This document shows, piece by piece, positions 20,267-33,491 of a stretch of 64,000 nt of DNA (its first letter is position 1; each line of letters starts with the position of its first letter). Origin of the DNA: Pseudomonadota bacterium (lineage in GTDB: Bacteria; Pseudomonadota; Gammaproteobacteria; Thiotrichales; Thiotrichaceae). The stretch is from positions 18,563 through 82,562 of the forward strand of contig JBDKGX010000001.1 of the NCBI GenBank assembly GCA_039797965.1, written 5' to 3'. Under the pieces are notes generated by a model. That model saw only the letters and a list, made by a program, of their open reading frames with translations. It was not told the DNA's origin and searched no databases. A program made the position numbers and the translations under genes.

Positions 20267-23200
20267 CTACATATTACGACGGTATTGGCCACCGACTTCA
20301 AATAAAGCATTAGAAATTTGCCCTAGCGAGCAGTAACGTACTGCCTCAACTAAAGCCGTAAAGATATTTTGGTTATGAATAGCCGCTTGTTTCACTGCAT
20401 GGAGTGCTTGCTCGGCATAATCTTTATGACGATTTTGGAAGTCTGCTAAGCGCTTAATCTGGCTGTCTTTTTCCTCATCCGTTGAGCGAGCTAATTCAAT
20501 TTTAAATTCTTCGCGCCCTTGAGGATTAATGAAAGTATTGACGCCAATAATGGGTAAACTGCCATCGTGTTTCTTATGTTCGTAATACATGGACTCATCT
20601 TGGATTTTACCGCGCTGATAACCGGTTTCCATTGCGCCCAGTACTCCACCGCGCTCGGCAATACTTTCAAATTCTTTTAAAACCGCTTCTTCGACGAGTT
20701 CGGTTAACTCATCAATAATAAATGCCCCTTGTAAAGGATTTTCATTTTTGGCTAAACCCCATTCATTATTAATAATGAGTTGAATAGCTAATGCGCGACG
20801 TACGGAGTTTTCCGTAGGTGTAGTAATGGCTTCATCAAATGCATTCGTATGCAGGCTATTGCAATTATCATAAATTGCGATTAATGCCTGAAGCGTGGTG
20901 CGAATATCATTAAAGTCCATCTCCTGCGCATGCAACGAGCGCCCTGAAGTTTGAATATGATATTTGAGTTTTTGACTACGCTCATTACCACCGTATTTAA
21001 ATCGAATGGCGGTCGCCCAAATACGCCGCGCCACCCGTCCTAATACGCTATATTCGGGGTCCATACCATTACTGAAAAAGAATGATAAATTCGGCGCGAA
21101 ATCATCAATATGCATACCCCGTGCTAAATAGGTTTCGACAAACGTAAAACCATTAGAAAGGGTAAAGGCGAGTTGAGAAATCGGATTCGCACCCGCTTCA
21201 GCAATGTGATAGCCAGAAATGGACACCGAATAGAAATTGCGAACACGGTGTTGAACAAAGTACTCCTGAATATCGCCCATCATTTTGAGGGCAAATTCAG
21301 TAGAGAAAATACAAGTATTTTGTCCCTGATCCTCTTTTAAAATATCGGCTTGAACTGTACCGCGCACATTTTCTAACGCCCAGATTTTGATCTTTTCACG
21401 CTCATCATCGGTGGGTGCGCGACCATTGTCGCGTTCAAATTTGGCAAGCTGTTGATCAATGGCGGTATTAATAAACATCGCCAAAATCATCGGTGCAGGA
21501 CCATTAATCGTCATTGAAACCGAAGTCATGGGATTACATAAATCAAAGCCATCATAGAGTACTTTCATATCCTCTAATGTGGCAATTGATACGCCAGAGT
21601 TGCCAACTTTTCCATAGATATCAGGGCGTTCAGCAGGATCACAGCCGTATAAAGTCACGGAGTCAAAAGCGGTGGAAAGGCGTTTGGCTTCGGAGTGTTC
21701 GGACAAACGTTTAAAACGGGCATTGGTTCTAAAGGCATCCCCTTCACCTGCGAACATGCGCGTGGGGTCTTCGTTTTCGCGTTTAAATGCAAATACGCCC
21801 GACGTATAAGGAAAGCTACCGGGAAGATTTTCTAACAATAACCATTTAAGCAATTCGCCATGATCTTCGTACTGCGGCAAGGATACTTTAGGGATTTTTA
21901 AGCCAGATAATGTAGTACGTTTTATAGTAGTTCGAATTTCCTTGTCACGGATTTTGACCACATATTCATCACCACTGTAGCTGGCTTTTACTTGCGGCCA
22001 TTGATCGAGTAGTTTGCGGGCGCGAGGGTCAAGTTGGTCATTGCGCTGTTGAATGAGTACTTCAAGGTTATTTGCATTGTGCCCACATTCGCCGAGCATA
22101 CGTGTGGTTTCGGTGAGTTGTTGGCGCTCGCGGGCGATTTTGGCTTGCGCTTGAACGGTTTTTTTGTAGCCACGTACCGTATCTGCAATTTCAGCTAAAT
22201 AGCGCACTCGTTCCGGCGGCACGATTACCGTATTACCGGAGGATTTACGCAAAGTACTACTCGGTAAGGTATCCGGTTGATGCTTTAATCCAAGATTGGT
22301 AAGTACTTGGAGCAAGTGTTTATATAAAGCGGTCACGCCATCGTCATTAAAGCGAGCGGCAATGGTGCCAAAGACAGGCATAGATTCAACCGCTTGGGAA
22401 AAGGCTTCGCGATTGCGTTGCACTTGTTTGCACACGTCGCGGTAAGCGTCCTCAGCGCCTTTGCGGTCAAATTTATTAATCGCTACCGTGTCGGCGTAGT
22501 CCAGCATATCGATTTTTTCTAGCTGGCTTTGCGCCCCAAATTCTGGAGTCATGACATACAGTGAGGTATCCACAAACGGCACAATTGCCGCGTCACCCTG
22601 ACCAATACCGGGGGTTTCGACAATGATGAAATCAAACCCTGCTAATTTACACGCCTTGATAATATCGTGCATGACCGCAGGTACTTCACCAACCGAGTCG
22701 CGAGTAGCAATGGAGCGCATAAAAATATGGGGATGATCAATCGAATTCATCCGAATGCGGTCGCCCAGTAGTGCCCCTCCGGTTTTTCGCCGTGTAGGGT
22801 CAATCGCAATTACCGCGATTTTGAGATGATCTTGTTGCCCAATTCTAAAGCGACGGATAATTTCATCGGTCAGTGAGGATTTGCCTGAGCCACCAGTTCC
22901 CGTAATACCCAGTACAGGTACTTTATGCGCGGGTTCGGTATTTTGTAGTTCGCTAATTAAGTCGGATGCGATTTGATCATTTTCCAATGCGGAAATGAAA
23001 CGCGCTAGTGCTTTCCAGTCACCTTGTTTAATAGCACTTAAGTCATTCGGGGCATGAGTACTGGGCTCATAATCGCAACGAGCCAACATGTCTAAGATCA
23101 TGCCTTGCAACCCCATTTGCTGACCATCAGTAGGGGAGTACAGTCGGGTGACCCCGTAGCTTTGCAAATCACGAATTTCTTCAGGAATAATAACGCCGCC

Positions 23201-23539
23201 GCCGCCACCAAAAATACGAATAGATTCACGTCCGTGTTCGCGCAGCATATCCACCATGTACTTAAAGTACTCGTTGTGTCCGCCCTGATACGAACTAATG
23301 GCTATGGCATGAGCATCTTCCTGAACGGCAGCATTGACGATTTCAGCCACTGAGCGGTTATGCCCAAGGTGAATCACTTCAGCGCCATTCGCTTGCAAAA
23401 TGCGACGCATAATATTAATAGCCGCATCATGCCCGTCAAATAAACTGGCGGCGGTCACAAAGCGAATCTTGCGAGGTAGCGTGGCAGGTTGGTGATGATT
23501 GACCTGAATAGTATTGGATACCGGATGTAATGCCGACAT
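20267..23539 (-). CDS. icmF: Fused isobutyryl-CoA mutase / MeaI GTPase (AdoCbl-dependent)
   Basis: B12-binding [13 protein letters not shown] GTPase, NKFD, mutase domain [11 protein letters not shown] and [13 protein letters not shown]; 1090 aa. Confidence 0.95.
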   Translation of the reverse strand: MSALHPVSNTIQVNHHQPATLPRKIRFVTAASLFDGHDAAINIMRRILQANGAEVIHLGHNRSVAEIVNAAVQEDAHAIAISSYQGGHNEYFKYMVDMLREHGRESIRIFGGGGGVIIPEEIRDLQSYGVTRLYSPTDGQQMGLQGMILDMLARCDYEPSTHAPNDLSAIKQGDWKALARFISALENDQIASDLISELQNTEPAHKVPVLGITGTGGSGKSSLTDEIIRRFRIGQQDHLKIAVIAIDPTRRKTGGALLGDRIRMNSIDHPHIFMRSIATRDSVGEVPAVMHDIIKACKLAGFDFIIVETPGIGQGDAAIVPFVDTSLYVMTPEFGAQSQLEKIDMLDYADTVAINKFDRKGAEDAYRDVCKQVQRNREAFSQAVESMPVFGTIAARFNDDGVTALYKHLLQVLTNLGLKHQPDTLPSSTLRKSSGNTVIVPPERVRYLAEIADTVRGYKKTVQAQAKIARERQQLTETTRMLGECGHNANNLEVLIQQRNDQLDPRARKLLDQWPQVKASYSGDEYVVKIRDKEIRTTIKRTTLSGLKIPKVSLPQYEDHGELLKWLLLENLPGSFPYTSGVFAFKRENEDPTRMFAGEGDAFRTNARFKRLSEHSEAKRLSTAFDSVTLYGCDPAERPDIYGKVGNSGVSIATLEDMKVLYDGFDLCNPMTSVSMTINGPAPMILAMFINTAIDQQLAKFERDNGRAPTDDEREKIKIWALENVRGTVQADILKEDQGQNTCIFSTEFALKMMGDIQEYFVQHRVRNFYSVSISGYHIAEAGANPISQLAFTLSNGFTFVETYLARGMHIDDFAPNLSFFFSNGMDPEYSVLGRVARRIWATAIRFKYGGNERSQKLKYHIQTSGRSLHAQEMDFNDIRTTLQALIAIYDNCNSLHTNAFDEAITTPTENSVRRALAIQLIINNEWGLAKNENPLQGAFIIDELTELVEEAVLKEFESIAERGGVLGAMETGYQRGKIQDESMYYEHKKHDGSLPIIGVNTFINPQGREEFKIELARSTDEEKDSQIKRLADFQNRHKDYAEQALHAVKQAAIHNQNIFTALVEAVRYCSLGQISNALFEVGGQYRRNM

Positions 23540-23659
23540 AATTAGACTCCGCCCCTAGCGTTAATTGGGTGTATATGCAACTATTGCAGCGCTTTTTGAG
23601 GCTTGAAAACCCCTAATCTATCTCTGCATCCTATTTGCGCTGCTTAGCCGTTTGTTATA

Positions 23660-23687
23660 AATTAACTTACGTTAACGTAAGCGTCAA
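23660..23687 (-). promoter_or_regulatory. Sigma-70 promoter of icmF with a LiuR operator in the spacer
   Basis: Minus strand TTGACG-17-TAATTT; perfect palindrome CTTACGTTAACGTAAG at 23666-23681. Confidence 0.8.
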
Positions 23688-23735
23688 ATTTTTTAATATT
23701 TTCTGATTACCACAGTTGTCAGCGTGTGAAACATC

Positions 23736-24164
23736 ATGGAACCTAAAACCTATAGCATTTCAGAATTAGCCAAAGAGTATGATGTCACTCCGCGAGCCAT
23801 TCGTTTATATGAAGAATTAGGGCTATTGTCTCCCGTTAGGGAGGGCAGTAAGCGGATTTATTCAGATCGGGATCGGGTACGCTTGCGTTTAGTATTGCGT
23901 GCTAAGCGGATTGGAATAAGTCTGGCTGAGGCCAAAGAGTTGTTTGATTTATATGATTCTAATCAAGCAAATACTCCCGCTGAGCATGATCGCTCGGGAG
24001 AAGTTAAACAACTACAGTATCTATTATCAAAACTAGAGGAGCGCTTAGAGTCCCTGCGCCGCCAACGTTATGATGTCGATATGTCTATCGCTGAAATAGA
24101 GCGCGTTTACAATAAAGCCAATGAAACCTTAAGGTCATTAGAGGAGACGAATAAGCCTGATTGA
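23736..24164 (+). CDS. liuR: MerR-family regulator of the leucine/isovalerate pathway
   Basis: YSISELAKEYDVTPRAIRLYEELGLLSP-REG; position in the liu cluster. Confidence 0.88.
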   Translation: MEPKTYSISELAKEYDVTPRAIRLYEELGLLSPVREGSKRIYSDRDRVRLRLVLRAKRIGISLAEAKELFDLYDSNQANTPAEHDRSGEVKQLQYLLSKLEERLESLRRQRYDVDMSIAEIERVYNKANETLRSLEETNKPD

Positions 24165-24242
24165 AAGAGGGTTGATTCGTTAATGTTAATGGTCTAATCC
24201 ATTGTTTGGTTTAAATCTTACTGTTATTTAAACAGGAGTCTC

Positions 24243-25298
24243 GTGATGACACAATTTTTACAGGGGATACGAGTACTAGATTTATCCCAATATATTCCAG
24301 GCCCTTATGTAACTCGCCAATTAGCCGAATGGGGGGCGGATGTTATTAAAATTGAGCCACCTCATGGCGATCCTATGCGATTTTTCATGGCTACGGATCA
24401 AAGTACTCCCTCACCTGTTTATGAGTACTTAAATAATAATAAACGTATTATTCGCTTAGACCTCAAGCAGTTAGAGTGCAAACAAGTCCTTTTAAATCTA
24501 TTAACTAAAGCGGATGTTTTGCTGGAGTCCTTTCGACCGGGTGTCATGGCACGACTGGGGTTTGGGCGGCAGGTATTAGAGGATATTAATCCGCGTTTGG
24601 TGCATTGCGCTATTTCTGGATTTGGGCAAACGGGGTCTTATTGGGATAGAGCAGGGCATGATTTGACCTATTGCGCGGTAGGGGGGCAATTAAGCTTGCC
24701 TAAGAGTGCAACCCCTGAGCAAAAGCCCGCTATTGTATTTCCACCGTTAGCCGATCATGTGGGGGCTATGCAAGCAGGACAAATGATTTTAGCCGCTTTA
24801 GTCGCACGGGGTCGCACGGATAAAGGGGCATTTCTCGATATTAGCTTAGCGGAGTCAGCTTTGATGTTGCAGTACATTAATCTGACCGACACAGAAGGCA
24901 AAGTGTTTCAATGGCTATCGGGTCAAGCGTCTTGCTATAACCTTTATCAAACCCAAGATCAGCGCTGGCTGGCGGTGGCTCCTTTAGAGCCTAAGTTTTG
25001 GCAAGCATTTTGCGAAGCAATTGGTAAAGCCGAATGGATAGCTCGGCAGTTTGAGCCATTACCACAAAGTACTTTAATCCATGATATTCAAGCCGTTTTA
25101 AGCACTAAATCTTTAATGGAATGGGCGCAAGTATTTGCTCAAGTCGATTGCTGTGTGGAGCCAGTACCTCATTTAGACGAAGTACTCGACCATGAACAGC
25201 ATCAAGCACGGGTCAGTGGAGATAGCCTAACTCAGCCATTGCACGAGGTAGTGTCATCCACGATCGATTGGATGCCCGTTGAATCGCTAAGTACTTAG
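24243..25298 (+). CDS. CaiB/BaiF family III CoA-transferase
   Basis: GIRVLDLSQYIPGP, GADVIKIEPP-GDP, ESFRPGV, AGHDL. Confidence 0.9.
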   Translation: MMTQFLQGIRVLDLSQYIPGPYVTRQLAEWGADVIKIEPPHGDPMRFFMATDQSTPSPVYEYLNNNKRIIRLDLKQLECKQVLLNLLTKADVLLESFRPGVMARLGFGRQVLEDINPRLVHCAISGFGQTGSYWDRAGHDLTYCAVGGQLSLPKSATPEQKPAIVFPPLADHVGAMQAGQMILAALVARGRTDKGAFLDISLAESALMLQYINLTDTEGKVFQWLSGQASCYNLYQTQDQRWLAVAPLEPKFWQAFCEAIGKAEWIARQFEPLPQSTLIHDIQAVLSTKSLMEWAQVFAQVDCCVEPVPHLDEVLDHEQHQARVSGDSLTQPLHEVVSSTIDWMPVESLST

Positions 25299-25333
25299 GA
25301 CAGGTTCTATCTATTATAAATCACATTTGATAG

Positions 25334-25362
25334 TTGACGCTTACGTAAACGTAATTTAGTAT
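25334..25362 (+). promoter_or_regulatory. Sigma-70 promoter of the ivd operon with a LiuR operator
   Basis: TTGACG-17-TAGTAT; ttgacgcttacgtaaacgtaat matches the icmF site at 20/22 positions. Confidence 0.8.
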
Positions 25363-25431
25363 GTGCTCTATAGCCCAATGTTGTAGTCAAACTGGTATCA
25401 CTACACGGGCAAACCGCTAGAGAGGACACCT

Positions 25432-26595
25432 ATGAGTCATTATCCCACCCTTAATTTCGGATTAGGGGAGACGATTGATCTGTTACGCGATGCTGTGCGT
25501 GACTTTGCTAATGCTGAAATCGCTCCCCTTGCTGCTGAAACTGATCGCTCCAATGAATTTCCTAATCAACTCTGGCCTAAATTGGGCGAAATGGGTTTAT
25601 TGGGTATTACTGTGCCAGAAGAGTATGGTGGCAGTGGCATGGGGTACTTGGCTCATATGATTGCCATGGAAGAAATCAGCCGAGCCTCCGCTTCCATTGG
25701 CTTAAGTTACGGCGCTCACTCCAATTTATGCGTCAATCAAATTAATCGTAATGGGTCAGAGGCACAAAAGTGTAAGTACTTGCCCAAACTCATTAGCGGT
25801 GAGCATATTGGCGCATTAGCCATGTCTGAACCCAATGCAGGCTCAGATGTGGTGAGTATGCGTATGCGTGCCGAGAAAAAGGGTGATAAGTACATTCTCA
25901 ATGGCACCAAAATGTGGATTACCAATGGCCCTGATGCGGATGTGATTGTGGTTTATGCCAAAACCGATCCACAAGCAGGCTCTAAAGGCATGACGACTTT
26001 TATTGTCGAAAAATCATTTGGTTTTAAGGTCGCGCAAAAGCTCGATAAATTGGGTATGCGTGGCTCGAATACAGGTGAGTTAGTATTTGAGGATGTCGAA
26101 GTACCTGAAGAAAATGTGCTGGGTCAGATCGGGCGTGGGGCTGCTGTGTTAATGAGCGGCTTAGACTATGAGCGTGCGGTGCTGTCTGGGGGGCCTTTAG
26201 GCATCATGCAAGCCTGTATGGATATTGTGGTTCCCTATATTCATGAGCGCAAACAGTTTGGGCAAAGTATAGGTGAGTTCCAACTCATCCAAGGCAAAAT
26301 TGCCGATATGTATACCACCTTCAATGCTTGTAAAGCCTATGTGTATGCTGTGGGTAATGCCTGTGATCGTGGCGAAACGACTCGTAAAGATGCCGCTGGT
26401 GCGATTTTATATTCCGCTGAAAAAGCGACCCAAATGGCACTAGATGCCATTCAAATTTTGGGCGGCAATGGCTATATGAATGAGTACCCGACAGGGCGCT
26501 TATTACGCGATGCCAAGCTCTATGAAATTGGTGCAGGAACCTCTGAAATTCGCCGTATGCTGATTGGGCGCGAACTGTTTAATGAAACCAAGTAG
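25432..26595 (+). CDS. liuA: Isovaleryl-CoA dehydrogenase
   Basis: [38 protein letters not shown]. Confidence 0.95.
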   Translation: MSHYPTLNFGLGETIDLLRDAVRDFANAEIAPLAAETDRSNEFPNQLWPKLGEMGLLGITVPEEYGGSGMGYLAHMIAMEEISRASASIGLSYGAHSNLCVNQINRNGSEAQKCKYLPKLISGEHIGALAMSEPNAGSDVVSMRMRAEKKGDKYILNGTKMWITNGPDADVIVVYAKTDPQAGSKGMTTFIVEKSFGFKVAQKLDKLGMRGSNTGELVFEDVEVPEENVLGQIGRGAAVLMSGLDYERAVLSGGPLGIMQACMDIVVPYIHERKQFGQSIGEFQLIQGKIADMYTTFNACKAYVYAVGNACDRGETTRKDAAGAILYSAEKATQMALDAIQILGGNGYMNEYPTGRLLRDAKLYEIGAGTSEIRRMLIGRELFNETK

Positions 26596-26606
26596 GGTGT
26601 GCTGCA

Positions 26607-27788
26607 ATGAGTGATCCAATTGTTATTGTTAGTGCAGTACGTACTCCTATGGGGGGCTTTCAAGGCGATTTTGCTAATCTTACTGCGAGTGAGTTAGGCG
26701 CTGTTGCTATTAAAGGTGCGGTCGAGCGTGCAGGTATTAGCGCCGAAGAGGTGCAAGAAGTCATTATGGGTTGTGTACTTCCAGCAGGTCAGGGACAAGC
26801 CCCAGCGCGTCAAGCCGCTTTGGGGGCAAATTTACCCTTAAGTGCAGGTTGTACCACCCTCAATAAAATGTGTGGCTCTGGTATGAAAGCCACCATGCTT
26901 GTTCATGATTTATTAGTCGCAGGTACCAATCAAGTTATGATTGCTGGCGGTATGGAGTCCATGACCAATGCGCCTTATCTCTTGCCTAAAGCCCGTACAG
27001 GTTTTCGGATGGGGCACGGCGAGGTCAAAGATCACATGTTTCTCGATGGCTTAGAGGATGCCTATGAAAAAGGGCGTCTCATGGGTACTTACGCCGAAGA
27101 ATGTGCGGATATGTTTGGCTTTACCCGTGAAGCGCAAGACGACTTTGCAGTGAGCTCACTGACTCGCGCCAAAACCGCGATTGAGTCAGGCGCTTTCAAA
27201 GCTGAGATTGTTCCTGTTACCGTAAAATCACGCAAAGGTGAAGTACTCATTGATACGGATGAGCAACCTCACAAAGCCGCCATTGATAAAATTCCCAGTT
27301 TAAAACCCGCGTTTCGCAAAGAGGGTACAGTCACGGCGGCTAATTCCAGTTCAATTTCAGATGGTGCAGCGGCATTAGTGTTGATGCGTCAATCTGAGGC
27401 GGAAAAGCGTGGCTTAAAACCTTTAGCTATTATCAAAGGGCATAGTACTCATGCCCAAAAGCCAGCGTTATTTACCACGGCTCCCGTATTTGCTATGCAA
27501 AAACTACTGGATCAATTGCAATGGACAGTGGCAGATGTTGATCTCTTTGAAATCAATGAAGCCTTTGCCGTGATTACGATGGCAGCGATGAAAGAGCTCA
27601 ATATTCCCCACGATAAAGTGAATACTCACGGTGGCGCTTGTGCGTTAGGGCATCCCATTGGTGCATCGGGGGCGCGGATTTTAGTGACATTACTGTCAGC
27701 CCTAAAACAACGCGGTTTAAAGCGCGGTATAGCCTCTTTATGTATTGGCGGGGGTGAGGCTACCGCTATGGCGGTAGAGTTAGTCTAA
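26607..27788 (+). CDS. Acetyl-CoA C-acyltransferase (thiolase)
   Basis: [27 protein letters not shown]. Confidence 0.93.
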   Translation: MSDPIVIVSAVRTPMGGFQGDFANLTASELGAVAIKGAVERAGISAEEVQEVIMGCVLPAGQGQAPARQAALGANLPLSAGCTTLNKMCGSGMKATMLVHDLLVAGTNQVMIAGGMESMTNAPYLLPKARTGFRMGHGEVKDHMFLDGLEDAYEKGRLMGTYAEECADMFGFTREAQDDFAVSSLTRAKTAIESGAFKAEIVPVTVKSRKGEVLIDTDEQPHKAAIDKIPSLKPAFRKEGTVTAANSSSISDGAAALVLMRQSEAEKRGLKPLAIIKGHSTHAQKPALFTTAPVFAMQKLLDQLQWTVADVDLFEINEAFAVITMAAMKELNIPHDKVNTHGGACALGHPIGASGARILVTLLSALKQRGLKRGIASLCIGGGEATAMAVELV

Positions 27789-27822
27789 GTACTGCACACA
27801 AACGAATGCTAGGGGATTACCA

Positions 27823-28956
27823 ATGATTTTAACCGAAGAGCAAGTATTGATTCGGGATATGGTGCGTAGTTATATCCGTGATCATGTCACGCCCCATGCG
27901 GCGCAGTGGGATAAGACCAGTACTTTCCCCACCAAAGCTTTGCAGGAAATGGGCGAGCTAGGTTTGTATGGTATGGTCGTGCCTGAGGAGTGGGGTGGCT
28001 CCAATGTCGGCTACGTATCGCTTGCGCTAGCGATTGAAGAAATTGCCGCAGGGGATGGCGCAACCTCTACCGTTCTCAGCGTGCAAAACTCTGTCGTTTG
28101 TGGCCCCCTTCTCAATTATGGCAGTGAGTACTTAAAAGAAACCTATCTGAAGCCCTTAGCGTCTGGGCAAATGCTCGGTTGCTTTTGCTTGACGGAGCCG
28201 CACGCGGGTTCTGATGCTTCTGCTCTTAAAACCCGCGCAGTACGTGAAGGCGATGAGTATGTCATTAATGGTAGTAAGCAATTCATCACCTCCGGTCAAA
28301 ATGCACAGGTCGCTATCGTATTCGCGGTGACTGATCCCGATGCAGGTAAAAAAGGTATTAGTGCTTTTGTCGTGCCCACGGATAACGTGGGATACAAAGT
28401 CGCAGGTATTGAAAAGAAAATGGGGCAACATGCGTCTGATACTGCCTCTATCTTCTTTGATCATTGCCGGATACCCGCTAGTCACCTTTTAGGTAAAGAG
28501 GGTGAAGGTTACAAAATTGCGTTGAGTAATCTAGAAGGGGGGCGTATCGGTATTGCCGCCCAATGTATTGGCATGGCACGGGCGGCGTATGAAGCGGCAC
28601 TGGCGTATGCACAAGAGCGCATTAGCTTTGGTAAACCCATCATTGAACATCAAGCCGTTGCCTTTCGTTTAGCAAATATGGCAACTCAAATCGAAGCCGC
28701 CCGCTTACTAGTACTTCATGCCGCAACGCTGCGCGATGCAGGTCAACCCTGTTTAAAAGAAGCCTGCATGGGCAAGCTATTTGCTTCGGAAATGGCAGAA
28801 AAAGTCTGCTCCGATGCTATTCAAACCCTTGGTGGCTATGGCTACCTCAATGATTTTCCAGTGGAACGTATTTATCGTGATGTACGAGTGGCGCAGATTT
28901 ATGAGGGTACTAGCGATATCCAGCGCATGGTGATTGCACGGCAGATTATGGAGTAG
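27823..28956 (+). CDS. Short/branched-chain acyl-CoA dehydrogenase
   Basis: [30 protein letters not shown]. Confidence 0.92.
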   Translation: MILTEEQVLIRDMVRSYIRDHVTPHAAQWDKTSTFPTKALQEMGELGLYGMVVPEEWGGSNVGYVSLALAIEEIAAGDGATSTVLSVQNSVVCGPLLNYGSEYLKETYLKPLASGQMLGCFCLTEPHAGSDASALKTRAVREGDEYVINGSKQFITSGQNAQVAIVFAVTDPDAGKKGISAFVVPTDNVGYKVAGIEKKMGQHASDTASIFFDHCRIPASHLLGKEGEGYKIALSNLEGGRIGIAAQCIGMARAAYEAALAYAQERISFGKPIIEHQAVAFRLANMATQIEAARLLVLHAATLRDAGQPCLKEACMGKLFASEMAEKVCSDAIQTLGGYGYLNDFPVERIYRDVRVAQIYEGTSDIQRMVIARQIME

Positions 28957-28959
28957 GTT

Positions 28960-30567
28960 ATGGCGATTTTAAGTACTACAGTTAATGCTCGTTCTGAAGA
29001 GTTCCGTGCGAATGCTGCTCATATGCAAATCCAAGTGGATGATTTGTATGACAAGGTTATCCAAATCAGTTTAGGCGGTGGTGAAAAAGCCCGTCAAAAG
29101 CATTTAGAGCGCGGCAAGTTATTACCGCGTGAGCGTATTCAAGTACTCCTTGATAAAGGTTCGCCGTTTTTAGAGATTTCTCAGTTTGCCGCTTATGGCT
29201 TATATAACAATGAAGTACCTGCGGCGGGTATTATCGCGGGTATCGGACGGGTGAGTGGGCAAGAGTGCATGATCGTCGCTAATGATGCGACCGTCAAAGG
29301 CGGTACTTATTTTCCGTTGACAGTCAAAAAGCATTTACGCGCTCAGGCGATAGCGCTGGAAAATCGTTTACCCTGTATTTATTTGGTCGATTCGGGTGGG
29401 GCTTTTTTGCCGCTACAAGATGAGGTCTTCCCCGATCGTGAGCACTTTGGACGGATTTTTTATAATCAAGCAACGATGTCCGCGCAAGGGATCCCACAAA
29501 TTGCCGTAGTGATGGGGTCTTGTACCGCAGGGGGTGCGTATGTACCTGCTATGTGTGATCAAAGCATTATTGTTAAAGAGCAAGGTACTATCTTTTTAGG
29601 AGGCCCCCCTTTAGTTCGTGCCGCTACCGGTGAAGTAGTGAGCGCGGAAGAGTTAGGCGGGGCAGATACCCACTCTCGCATTTCGGGTGTAACCGATCAC
29701 TATGCCTTAAATGATACCCATGCTCTAGCGATGGCACGCGATGTCGTGGCGAGCCTCAATCGAGTCAAAACGCCTAATATTGCCTTAAAGCAACCTCGTG
29801 AACCTCAGTACTTAGTCGATGAGCTGTACGGCATTATCCCCAAAGATGCACGTAAACCGTTTGATATTCGTGAAATCATTGCGCGTCTGGTCGATGGTAG
29901 CGAATTTGATGAATTCAAAAAGCTGTACGGTACGACTTTAGTCTGTGGCTTTGCGCATATTCATGGCTATCCTGTGGGTATTGTGGCGAACAATGGCATT
30001 CTCTTTTCCGAGTCTGCGGTGAAAGGGGCGCACTTCGTTGAACTGTGTGCGCAGCGCAAAATTCCACTGGTATTTTTGCAAAATATCACCGGTTTTATGG
30101 TTGGTAAAAAAGCCGAACAGGGTGGTATTGCTAAGGATGGCGCGAAAATGGTAACTGCCGTCGCGTGTGCCAAAGTACCTAAATTTACCGTGATTATTGG
30201 CGGTAGTTTTGGCGCGGGTAACTATGCTATGTGCGGTCGGGCTTATGGTGCGCGATTCTTGTGGATGTGGCCGAATGCACGCATTTCTGTCATGGGGGGC
30301 GAACAAGCGGCAAAGGTACTGAGTCAAGTACGCAGTGATGCACTAGAAGCGCAAGGCAAAAACTGGAGCGTAGAAGAACAAACCGAATTTGAGCGTCCTA
30401 TCCGCGAGCAATACGAGACGCAAGGGCATCCGTACTATGCCAGTGCGCGGCTTTGGGATGATGGCATTATTGACCCTAAAGACACGCGTCGAGTACTCGG
30501 TTTAGGTTTGTCGACTGCACTGAATGCCCCGATTGAAGACACTACATTTGGCATCTTTAGGATGTAA
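28960..30567 (+). CDS. liuB: Methylcrotonyl-CoA carboxylase, carboxyltransferase subunit
   Basis: [33 protein letters not shown]. Confidence 0.93.
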   Translation: MAILSTTVNARSEEFRANAAHMQIQVDDLYDKVIQISLGGGEKARQKHLERGKLLPRERIQVLLDKGSPFLEISQFAAYGLYNNEVPAAGIIAGIGRVSGQECMIVANDATVKGGTYFPLTVKKHLRAQAIALENRLPCIYLVDSGGAFLPLQDEVFPDREHFGRIFYNQATMSAQGIPQIAVVMGSCTAGGAYVPAMCDQSIIVKEQGTIFLGGPPLVRAATGEVVSAEELGGADTHSRISGVTDHYALNDTHALAMARDVVASLNRVKTPNIALKQPREPQYLVDELYGIIPKDARKPFDIREIIARLVDGSEFDEFKKLYGTTLVCGFAHIHGYPVGIVANNGILFSESAVKGAHFVELCAQRKIPLVFLQNITGFMVGKKAEQGGIAKDGAKMVTAVACAKVPKFTVIIGGSFGAGNYAMCGRAYGARFLWMWPNARISVMGGEQAAKVLSQVRSDALEAQGKNWSVEEQTEFERPIREQYETQGHPYYASARLWDDGIIDPKDTRRVLGLGLSTALNAPIEDTTFGIFRM

Positions 30568-30580
30568 GGAGAGAGTACTT

Positions 30581-32575
30581 ATGTTCACCAAAATCCTAAT
30601 TGCCAATCGTGGCGAAATTGCTTGCCGTGTCGCGCGTACCGCTCGCCGCTTAGGGATAAAAACCGTTGCGGTGTATTCTACTGCGGATGCTAAAGCCGAA
30701 CATGTCAAAGCCTGTGACGAAGCCTATTGGATAGGCGAAGCCCCCGCATCAGAAAGCTATTTACGGGGCGACAAAATTTTGGAAATTGCCCAATTGACAG
30801 GGGCACAAGCCATACATCCGGGGTATGGATTCTTATCTGAAAACGCGGGATTTGCTGAAAGCTGTAAAGCAGCAGGCGTAGTATTCATTGGCCCTCCTAC
30901 CCAAGCCATTATTGCCATGGGCTTAAAAAGTGAGTCCAAACGCTTAATGACCGAAGCCAATGTGCCACTAGTACCCGGTTATCATGGCGCTGACCAATCC
31001 ATTGATTTATTACGCGATCAATCCCAACTCATTGGCTATCCACAACTGATAAAAGCCAGTGCAGGGGGCGGTGGTAAGGGGATGCGTGTCGTCAAATCAT
31101 TTGACGAATTTGATGCGGCATTAGCCTCAGCTAAGCGTGAGGCGATTTCATCCTTTGGTAATGATGCCGTACTGATTGAGCGTTACCTACAAAAGCCTCG
31201 CCATGTGGAGTTGCAAGTATTTGCCGATACATTAGACAATGTGGTGCATGTGTTTGAGCGTGATTGCTCGGTGCAACGTCGCCATCAAAAAGTCATCGAA
31301 GAAGCACCAGCCCCGCAGATGACGCCTGAATTGCGCCACGCGATGGGTCAAGCCGCGATTAATGCCGCCAAAGCAATTGGTTATGTCGGCGCGGGTACAG
31401 TTGAATTCTTGCTCGATCAAAGCGGCGAGTTTTTCTTTATGGAAATGAATACGCGTCTACAGGTTGAGCATCCCGTGACTGAAATGATTTCGGGGCAGGA
31501 CTTAGTCGAGTGGCAATTGCGGGTAGCGAATGGCGAACCCTTACCCTTGACTCAAGAGCAATTAAAGATCAATGGTCATGCGTTTGAAGCACGAGTGTAT
31601 GCAGAGACCCCCGAACGCGATTTCCTGCCCTCGACCGGTCGAGTAAGTACTTTGATTGCCCCTGAAACGAATCAGTATGTGCGGATTGATACGGGGATTC
31701 GGGGCGGCGATGAAGTCAGTATGTTTTATGACCCCATGATTGCTAAATTAATTGTGTGGGGGCAAGACCGTACTCAGGCATTACAACGCTTGCAAGCTGC
31801 ATTAGGTGATTATTACATCGGTGGCTTAAATACTAATCTAGAGTTTCTGGGTAATTTGGCGCGTAGTGCCGATTTTGCGGCGGGCGATGTGCATACTGGA
31901 TTTATTGAACAGCATATGGCTGAGTTATTTCCAGAGTCCAGCACGCCCCCTGATGAAGTATTGGCGGCTGCCGTTTTAGCTCAGTTAGTCAGTACTCAAA
32001 AGTACTCGCAGGAAACCCAGCGCCAAACCTTAGACCCCTACTCACCGTGGCTGCAAACCGATGCGTGGCGGATGAATTTGCCAAATACGGCCACGTTTGA
32101 GTTCCAAGTGGGTGAAATACTTTATCCGCTTACTGTGATAGAGCGTCAAAGTACTTACTACTTACAACTTTCTACGGGTGAATCAGTACTCTCTGGTGAG
32201 TACCTTCAGGATGACGAGTGGAAAATTGTTTTAGGACAAAAAACCTATCGTATTAAAGTCATACAGTCGGAAAGTACTTGGCTAGTTTTTTGGAATGGCA
32301 AGGTTTGGCATTTGAATTTGCATGATCCTGTACATGAGATAGAGGATCAAGGTGTACATGGTGGTGGTTTGACTGCACCGATGGCGGGAGCGGTATTAGA
32401 CGTGCTGGTGAAAGTGGGTGATCAGGTCAAAGCGGGGGATGCTTTGATGATTATGGTGGCTATGAAAATGGAGCACACTATTGCAGCCCCTAAAGAGGGC
32501 ACAGTACAAGAGATCTATTTCCAAGTCGGTGATCAGGTCAAAGACGGTGATACCTTATTGAGCGTGGAGTCCTAA
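30581..32575 (+). CDS. liuD: Methylcrotonyl-CoA carboxylase, biotin carboxylase/BCCP subunit
   Basis: [35 protein letters not shown], biotinyl AMKM; start reset to the ATG at 30581 after the RBS. Confidence 0.93.
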   Translation: MFTKILIANRGEIACRVARTARRLGIKTVAVYSTADAKAEHVKACDEAYWIGEAPASESYLRGDKILEIAQLTGAQAIHPGYGFLSENAGFAESCKAAGVVFIGPPTQAIIAMGLKSESKRLMTEANVPLVPGYHGADQSIDLLRDQSQLIGYPQLIKASAGGGGKGMRVVKSFDEFDAALASAKREAISSFGNDAVLIERYLQKPRHVELQVFADTLDNVVHVFERDCSVQRRHQKVIEEAPAPQMTPELRHAMGQAAINAAKAIGYVGAGTVEFLLDQSGEFFFMEMNTRLQVEHPVTEMISGQDLVEWQLRVANGEPLPLTQEQLKINGHAFEARVYAETPERDFLPSTGRVSTLIAPETNQYVRIDTGIRGGDEVSMFYDPMIAKLIVWGQDRTQALQRLQAALGDYYIGGLNTNLEFLGNLARSADFAAGDVHTGFIEQHMAELFPESSTPPDEVLAAAVLAQLVSTQKYSQETQRQTLDPYSPWLQTDAWRMNLPNTATFEFQVGEILYPLTVIERQSTYYLQLSTGESVLSGEYLQDDEWKIVLGQKTYRIKVIQSESTWLVFWNGKVWHLNLHDPVHEIEDQGVHGGGLTAPMAGAVLDVLVKVGDQVKAGDALMIMVAMKMEHTIAAPKEGTVQEIYFQVGDQVKDGDTLLSVES

Positions 32576-32580
32576 AACTG

Positions 32581-33477
32581 ATGAGTACTTTACCCCAACA
32601 CGTCAAAATCGTAGAAGTAGGCGCTCGTGATGGTTTGCAAAACGAGCCTACTGCCGTACCTGTGGAAGTCAAAATCGCTTTGGTCGAAAAGTTGGTCGAT
32701 GCAGGTTTGTCAGTGGTGGAGGTGGGCAGTTTTGTTTCGCCCAAATGGGTGCCACAAATGGCGGGTAGCGGTGAGGTTTATCACGGTATTCAAAAGCGTG
32801 AAGGAGTCAGCTATCCCATGCTAGTTCCCAATGCTAAAGGCATGGAGGGCGCACTGGCAGCGCGAGTCAGGGAAATTGCGATTTTTGCCGCCGCTTCTGA
32901 AGCGTTTACCCAGAAGAATATTAATTGCAGCATCAGTGAGAGTTTAGATCGCTTTCATACGGTGATGGAGCAAGCCAAAGCGCATGATATTAAAGTGCGT
33001 GGCTATGTATCGTGTGTATTGGGTTGTCCCTATGAGGGTGAGATTGCATTATCGAAAGTAGCGGAAGTGGCCAGTACTTTGTATCAAATGGGCTGCTACG
33101 AAATCTCACTGGGCGACACGATTGGTGTAGGTACTCCTTTAAAGGCTCAACGGATGGTTGACGCGGTGGCGCAAGATGTTCCCATTGAAAAGCTCGCCGC
33201 GCATTTCCACGACACTTATGGGCAAGGCTTAGCCAATCTGTTTGCGGTGATGCAATTAGGTGTGTCGGTGATTGATAGCTCGGTGTCGGGTTTAGGGGGC
33301 TGTCCATATGCAAAAGGGGCGAGTGGTAATGTAGCGACTGAAGATGTCCTTTATATGCTCAAGGGTTTAGGGATTGAGACGGGTGTTGATTTAGGCAAAG
33401 TACTGGAGGCAGGGACATTTATATCTGATTTTCTAGGGCGAAAACCTGCCTCGAAGGTGGGTAAAGTACTGATTTAA
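32581..33477 (+). CDS. liuE: Hydroxymethylglutaryl-CoA lyase
   Basis: [32 protein letters not shown]. Confidence 0.95.
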   Translation: MSTLPQHVKIVEVGARDGLQNEPTAVPVEVKIALVEKLVDAGLSVVEVGSFVSPKWVPQMAGSGEVYHGIQKREGVSYPMLVPNAKGMEGALAARVREIAIFAAASEAFTQKNINCSISESLDRFHTVMEQAKAHDIKVRGYVSCVLGCPYEGEIALSKVAEVASTLYQMGCYEISLGDTIGVGTPLKAQRMVDAVAQDVPIEKLAAHFHDTYGQGLANLFAVMQLGVSVIDSSVSGLGGCPYAKGASGNVATEDVLYMLKGLGIETGVDLGKVLEAGTFISDFLGRKPASKVGKVLI

Positions 33478-33491
33478 TAAGATAAGTACTT

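Noticed and set aside
23540-23660. Cobalamin riboswitch upstream of icmF
   Set aside because: A gcagcgc/gcgctgc pairing exists, but I could not find the conserved B12-box elements and the leader is short; an Rfam scan would settle it
32440-32480. Non-canonical biotinylation motif VAMKM instead of EAMKM
   Set aside because: The core AMKM is intact and a hydrophobic residue at this position occurs in other MCC alpha subunits
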